In this document: piece after piece, positions 58,624-64,000 of the stretch
Layout of the letters: every line of letters starts with the position of its first letter
Position numbering within the stretch: position 1 is the stretch's first letter
NCBI GenBank assembly: GCA_946965045.2
Contig: OX337228.1
Coordinates: 3,658,001 to 3,722,000 of the forward strand
Source: Epithemia pelagica
Taxonomy: Eukaryota; Protista; Bacillariophyta
Direction of reading: 5' to 3'
DNA length: 64,000 nucleotides
The notes under the pieces: model-generated
Database searches by the model: none
Told to the model about the DNA's origin: nothing
The model's input: only the letters and a program-made list of their open reading frames with translations
Translations under genes and position numbers: made by a program

Positions 58624-60651
58624 TCATGGCAAACGACGACGAAATGAGACGGTGGTTCCGGTTTTACTCCCGCGGCTGTCAAACCGGGAGAATTGATATT
58701 GTTGTAGTTCATCCAGCGTCTTGCGAATGTATCCATCACGTTCAAAAGGTGGCTGTGGTGGTGATGTTGATTCCTTCATCATAGAGTCGGGTGTATCGGA
58801 ATTTATGACTGTTGTCGACTGAGTCTTGTTTTTGTTGCTGTCAAATGTGCCGTTACCACCGCTTTCAACTCGGGATGGTGACAAGTGTCCTTCAAGTTCT
58901 TCGTCTAGCTTTGATAGCATGTGGGGATTACCCCAGGTTTCCCAATTATCACCACATTGACCATCGTCGCATTCCCCAATCAAAATATATTCCGTCACGG
59001 CAGGATAGCAACGAAATTCAGCTGACCAGTCTTCTTCCATGGGCATCCAGCTACACAACAAGATGACCTGGGTTTGGGGCGAGGAAGTGGAATACGACTC
59101 GAGCGGATTCTTCTCACTATTAGCCCCAGAAATGTCATGTGGACCACAATATTTGGAGAGGGCTCGATCGTAGCCCATTCGTTCTACATTGGCCTTGCGG
59201 GATATTCCCCAACTTCCATTGTCCGTAGCCACCACCGTAGGGATATTAGTTGCTTTGCTCGTCGTGCTTTCTTGTTTTTGATTTTTCTGTTTTTTCGAGG
59301 TTGGTGGAGGATGTTGGAAGTACTCACGAAGAGCTTCGGCCAAGAGTCCATCACCCGCTCCAACATCCAAAATGACGGTTGACCCGTTATCACCATGTTG
59401 TTTTGCATGTTGGTTGGAACTCTGCAATAGGTAATCACCCAAGGCAGCAATGTATTCCTGTGTCCAAACCTGATACAGATTCCGTTCCTCGCAAACCACA
59501 TTGAGTGGACCACAGGGCAGAACATGACCACTCACCAATTCCAAGATTTCGCCGAGGGAAAGATGTGATAGGCTGGTGGAAGTTGGGACCGCGGTGGAAG
59601 GCGTGGAGGTTGTAGATACGCCTACATTTTCTGCCAAGGGCTCATCTATGACTGGCAGACACAAAGCACCCCCACGAAGACGTAGCACGGTTGGTTTTTG
59701 CATGTTGGTACTATGACCAATACGCTTGACGATTTCTGACATGGTTTTGTATGTGGCATCCGGATCCTTTTCAGAGGCCCATTGTTGCATCCCAAACGCT
59801 TTTTGCAAAAATGTCGTCGAGGGTAACTGATGCGACCATTTTCGTTTTCGTTGTTGACTTCCTCCTTGGGACAATGAAGAAGTGTTTTTTCCGTCAAATG
59901 GCAGTGAGGTTTTGTTTGTATTCGGATATGTACCAGAAAGATACCATGCCGTATTCATGGGTGCCAATTGGGGAAACGTGGACAATTCGGGGTAGGCTGC
60001 AAAAGCAGCTCGAATGGATGCCAAATGTGCGGCAAGTAGATATTCTCGGCGGATCCATTGGATCAATCGTTTGTGAAATTGCCATTTTTGAACGTCAGCC
60101 CATGTTTCATTGGGTAATAGGACGGGTCGAAGACACTTTTCCACTACTTGCAACCGAAGCTTGCCTTCTTCGTCGGGATATAACAATTTCTTGTTGGATC
60201 TTGATTTAGCTGCCTTTCCATATTTCTCCGATGTCCTCAACCGGTGCTTTGGTTTGTTGATGAGGTTGCTCGTTTGTTCTTTCGTTTTGTTGTGGTCTTT
60301 GTCTATGTGGTGCTTTTCAGTGCTTGTATCTTGTGTGGTGGCTCGAACCCATCTGCGTGCGACTCGTTTCCAGAATCCAAACAGTCCACTGCTGTTGTCT
60401 TCATCGTCTTGTATTCTACCACCAGAGACGTCCAGTTGTTCCTTCTTGATGAACGCAGCGTGATCTGCCGCGTCTCTCAATTGCAAGGAAACCAGGCGCT
60501 TGGCCAATTGAAGACCAACCAAATGATCAAGCCATATATTATCATGCGTCACAACCCCACCCCGACTCAACCAACATCGCGCATTGATTCCCTGTTTCAG
60601 CAAAAATGGACCAAACCATTTATGAAGACTTTTGGTCAAGATATACAACAT
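58624..60651 (-). CDS. Hypothetical protein with a class I SAM-binding-like motif, 675 aa
   Basis: VILDVGAGDGLL; VVATDNGSW; ILLCSWMP; EYILIGE. Confidence 0.65.
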   Translation of the reverse strand: MLYILTKSLHKWFGPFLLKQGINARCWLSRGGVVTHDNIWLDHLVGLQLAKRLVSLQLRDAADHAAFIKKEQLDVSGGRIQDDEDNSSGLFGFWKRVARRWVRATTQDTSTEKHHIDKDHNKTKEQTSNLINKPKHRLRTSEKYGKAAKSRSNKKLLYPDEEGKLRLQVVEKCLRPVLLPNETWADVQKWQFHKRLIQWIRREYLLAAHLASIRAAFAAYPELSTFPQLAPMNTAWYLSGTYPNTNKTSLPFDGKNTSSLSQGGSQQRKRKWSHQLPSTTFLQKAFGMQQWASEKDPDATYKTMSEIVKRIGHSTNMQKPTVLRLRGGALCLPVIDEPLAENVGVSTTSTPSTAVPTSTSLSHLSLGEILELVSGHVLPCGPLNVVCEERNLYQVWTQEYIAALGDYLLQSSNQHAKQHGDNGSTVILDVGAGDGLLAEALREYFQHPPPTSKKQKNQKQESTTSKATNIPTVVATDNGSWGISRKANVERMGYDRALSKYCGPHDISGANSEKNPLESYSTSSPQTQVILLCSWMPMEEDWSAEFRCYPAVTEYILIGECDDGQCGDNWETWGNPHMLSKLDEELEGHLSPSRVESGGNGTFDSNKNKTQSTTVINSDTPDSMMKESTSPPQPPFERDGYIRKTLDELQQYQFSRFDSRGSKTGTTVSFRRRLP

Positions 60652-60918
60652 GACCGCATGGAATCAAACTAAAACGCAGTTATCCCAACACAGAAGAAGC
60701 GAAACCCTTTTCCTTATGATGCCAATGGAAAATTCCTGATTCCTGTTTCAAAACGGAGCGACCAAACTCAACAAATCAGCGTCTCAAATGCGATCGATTG
60801 TCCTCCACTCATGTTCTCGACCCCCGACTACACCGACCATGATGGATACCTTTGTCTTGAGTTGCGAGTAGAATTGAAGAAAAACGAAAGCCCATCGTTC
60901 TTGTCTTCATTTGCTACC

Positions 60919-62241
60919 ATGACGCGCAATACCAGCGATCAGAAGCAGAAAGGATCCAAGAGGACGAACCAAAACAAAAACAACAGCCCTGTGAAAATAT
61001 CCACCATCAAGGGTTACTTGCCTCTTCGTCTCCATTTCCCTCCAGCCTTTTCACCCTTGGACCCAACGACGTCCTTTCGCGATTCCAATGCCACCTTTCT
61101 GTATTTGAAAGAACACCAAACAGCAAGCGTCAGCGCAAAAAACAAGACGATAACTTCCCCAGAAGACGAAACCGCCAGTGGGACGACCATCTTTGTCGCC
61201 AATGCCCCCATGGTTGCTGGGATCTCCACGACCTTGTTGCTACAAGCCATTTTTGGCAGGTATGGTGACGTGCAACGCGTGACAGTGGTACCCAATCCTC
61301 GCCGAAACCAAAACCCTAGCTCCGTCAAGGAATCATTGTCCAAGGGTGACTCTTCATCCTATGGTTGGAGTTCGCGGTTTGCGTCGCCTTCCTTTTTGGG
61401 CCTTACCCAGCGAACGACAACACAAGAGGGTGGAAAATTTGCCCATATTGTAATGGCAACGCGAAAGGATTTGAGGCGTGCCTTGAGCCAAGTGGCCCAG
61501 GTCATGGGGAGGGAAATGAACATGAAGGACAAGGGCGACGAAACCGAAGTCCCGAGCTTGCCTGGCCTGGTATTGGATCCCATTGAATTGCAAACGTTGG
61601 CCGACGAGACGCAGCGGCAGCATGAATCATTCTCGGGAATGGATATCCATGAGGAAAGCAGCGACGATGAAACTAATGGCAACCATCAATCACTGTCCAC
61701 ATCGACAAGCGCCTTACTCAATGTGGTTGCACGGTATCGTCGCTCCAAGCAACCTTTTCTGTTGTCGAGCCATGAGGATGCGTTTTCCATGCCGTTGATG
61801 GAAGAATGCAATAGTGTCATGCAATCGTGGGAAGAAGCAGAAGCCAGTCGTCGATTAGCACGCGAACAAGCGGCCCAACAACCGGACGACGACGGATTCG
61901 TGACCGTCTCGTATGGATCGTCATCGGCTCTGACCATGCCTGGAGAAGAAGATGATGATGATGAGGAGGGAAACGACGACGAGGGTGGTGACGACAAGGA
62001 TGTCACTACCGATCGTCCCATCAAACGGCGGCGACGAACACGAAGTCGCCGTAAGTCATCTTCGACGAACAGTGGCACCAAAATAAGTGGTGCCCAGCCC
62101 TTGACAGACTTCTACCGATTCCAAACGAAGGACAATCGGAAACGAACATTGCAAGAATTGCGACAAAGATTCGAACAAGATTTGGCGAAAGTGCAACAGA
62201 TGAAAGAAGACAAGAAGCATTGCTATCGACCCTTTTCATGA
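60919..62241 (+). CDS. RRP7: Ribosomal RNA-processing protein 7 homolog
   Basis: RRM-like TIFVANAP...IFGRYGDV; PDDDGFVTVSY; C-terminal LTDFYRFQTKDNRK..LQELRQRFEQDLAKVQQMK...RPF. The first ATG is 60919. Confidence 0.85.
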   Translation: MTRNTSDQKQKGSKRTNQNKNNSPVKISTIKGYLPLRLHFPPAFSPLDPTTSFRDSNATFLYLKEHQTASVSAKNKTITSPEDETASGTTIFVANAPMVAGISTTLLLQAIFGRYGDVQRVTVVPNPRRNQNPSSVKESLSKGDSSSYGWSSRFASPSFLGLTQRTTTQEGGKFAHIVMATRKDLRRALSQVAQVMGREMNMKDKGDETEVPSLPGLVLDPIELQTLADETQRQHESFSGMDIHEESSDDETNGNHQSLSTSTSALLNVVARYRRSKQPFLLSSHEDAFSMPLMEECNSVMQSWEEAEASRRLAREQAAQQPDDDGFVTVSYGSSSALTMPGEEDDDDEEGNDDEGGDDKDVTTDRPIKRRRRTRSRRKSSSTNSGTKISGAQPLTDFYRFQTKDNRKRTLQELRQRFEQDLAKVQQMKEDKKHCYRPFS

Positions 62242-62671
62242 ACGTAAGGAAGCGGGTTGAATGCGGCAAATCCTCGTACTGCAACGACTCATCAACTTTG
62301 GTCTAGATAGTTGGCAGTGTGACCAACTGTAAATCCAGCCAACAACAGCGGAGGGATCTCCTCCACGTCATTACGTGTTTTTCGAGAGTACAGACAGAGT
62401 AGAACATACAAGGGAGGAAAAATGAAACAACGCTCTAGTATCAGAGAGCAACAGCATATAAAGAAAGTGCAGATTTCATGTTCTGTATGCCATTGCTCGT
62501 TGACTCTGTTCTTGGGATAAACGGAGTTAAACACACGCGTTTGTTGCGTCTTTTGTACGAGAACGGCATGTGACATAATGTTTGTAGCATGGATAGATTC
62601 TGGATACACATCGTACGACAGTAGATTGAGAATCCAACAGAATGCATCGTCGAAAGTTTCTTGGTTTTTGT

Positions 62672-63076
62672 CTAATTGTTTTTCGTCTTGAGCCGGTTGG
62701 AAGGCATATCGGAATACGGGTGTGGTCGTTTCCACCCCATGGGTGGCGTCAAATAGGCTAAGAGCAAGGCACCGGCCGTGGCACCGACTGCAACATGCCA
62801 CTGATCGGTATAGCGGTAGACAGCAAAGGGAAGGAGAAACAAGACAGTTGTCGCCGTATTAATCATGAGAGACTTGATATCATGGCCAGCTGAGATAAAT
62901 TCAAGAGTGTGCGATGGCACAAACAACGCGAACCGACGAAGCGACAACATTCGAAAGAAAAAGAGAGAAACAATCACAGATACATGAGAAGATGGTCGTG
63001 CAAACATTGAGTTCTATTGAGGCTCATTCTTGGACTCACAATGATACGGCTTTTCTTCAGGAGAGGTAGTCGACAT
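62672..63076 (-). CDS. Possible small 2-TM protein (~85 aa), 2 exons (63076-63040, 62889-62672)
   Basis: ATG at 63076; GTGAGT donor; TTTATCTCAG acceptor. The splice is frame-compatible and gives MSTTSPEEKPYHSGHDIK...TVLFLLPFAVY...VAVGATAGALLLAYL. Confidence 0.4.
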
Positions 63077-63459
63077 GGCAATCTGTGTAATTTTCGTGAA
63101 ATGACAGGATCTACTGGGAACAGCGCAAATTGCAATAAGGTTCTTAATGGAGCGACGTGACTGCTTGGAAAAGTATCTACTGCATGTGGTTCCTGGAGGC
63201 GTGATGCAGGCAAGCTGGAAGAAAAGAGTCGTTACCTTGCTTGGTAACTTGCAAGAATGATCATTGATGATGATGATGATGGGAGATGACGATTGCGACG
63301 ACAACGACACAGACACACAACACATGCCCCGGAACCCGGAACTCCGACGGGCGTGGGGTAGAACCTGATCATCCCCCCACTAACACAAAAGATCCGTGTG
63401 TCTCATTACACTTCCGAGTTGCCCCCGAGATCGCCATGGTGATGGTGATGGTGATGGTG

Positions 63460-63570
63460 TACCCCTAGCGGAAGGGTGAGTCCTGGTCGTGAATGAGAGA
63501 GGGAGCATTCTGATACTCATTGCACACCACTGTCATTCACACGCACGACTCACCCTTCCGCTAGGGGGTA
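63460..63570. mobile_element. 111-bp MITE with TACCCC termini related to the 24979-29131 transposon
   Basis: Left TACCCCTAGCGGAAGGGTGAGTC; right reverse-complemented TACCCCCTAGCGGAAGGGTGAGTC. An inner GTGAATGA/TCATTCAC pair extends the IR. Flanked by GGTGATGGTG at 63450-63459 and 63571-63580. Confidence 0.85.
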
Positions 63571-64000
63571 GGTGATGGTGATGGTTATGGTGGGTGCCCC
63601 CAAACGGACACAAGTCCGACTGGAAAAGAATGCTTTACGGCCCAAATTCCACGTTGCTCACCATCTGTGAGAAACAATGTTGTAGCAATAATACCTTTTC
63701 CTACGAGCAAATGTTCGATTGAAGACTGATGCTCTCTTCTTGACAGAGCATCCATCAAATACGAGAGGGCTGGGTGCCATGCCCGATGTTCCTACGTAAA
63801 ACATACTCCCAGTACAAACTACTCCTACAAAAAGAAGTAGGAGTAACAGTACTCTAGTAGATTGCTCATATAACGCTGCTTCTCAGACCCAACCTATCGC
63901 CTGGGGTGCCGTCGACCGAAATGCATGGCCTACAGATAGTACTCCTAATCATGGACTAACTGGTGTCGAAAGCGCTAGAAGTATCACATGCGACGATTCC

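Overview
Eukaryotic nuclear DNA, most likely from a diatom. The evidence is short GT-AG introns of about 60-150 bp, compact intergenic regions, signal peptide plus F/W plastid-targeting N-termini, and protein families typical of diatoms. About 22 host genes are visible: a 5'-truncated CHD-family remodeler, two glycosyltransferase-like genes, plastid-type Mfd/TRCF, a UBR4-like E3 with an apparent frameshift, a vacuolar sorting receptor, CYP51, RING, TAF4-like, kinase, TAZ-finger and RRP7 genes, and several hypothetical proteins. The strongest signal is mobile DNA. (i) An intact two-gene DNA transposon (24979-29131) carries a PIF/Harbinger/ISL2EU-type DDE transposase, long TIRs starting TACCCCCC, and an apparent 10-bp target-site duplication, which is atypical for that superfamily. 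(ii) A 111-bp MITE at 63460-63570 has related ends and a compatible 10-bp duplication. (iii) A 540-bp TIR element splits the right TIR of the large transposon. (iv) A CpG-rich 18/19-bp repeat array lies between the two divergent transposon genes. (v) A 255-bp tRNA-derived SINE-like insertion (32344-32598) has a perfect 16-bp TSD. A TACTCCTAGGAGTA-type palindrome also recurs shortly downstream of many stop codons. All calls come from reading the sequence by eye; no database searches were run.
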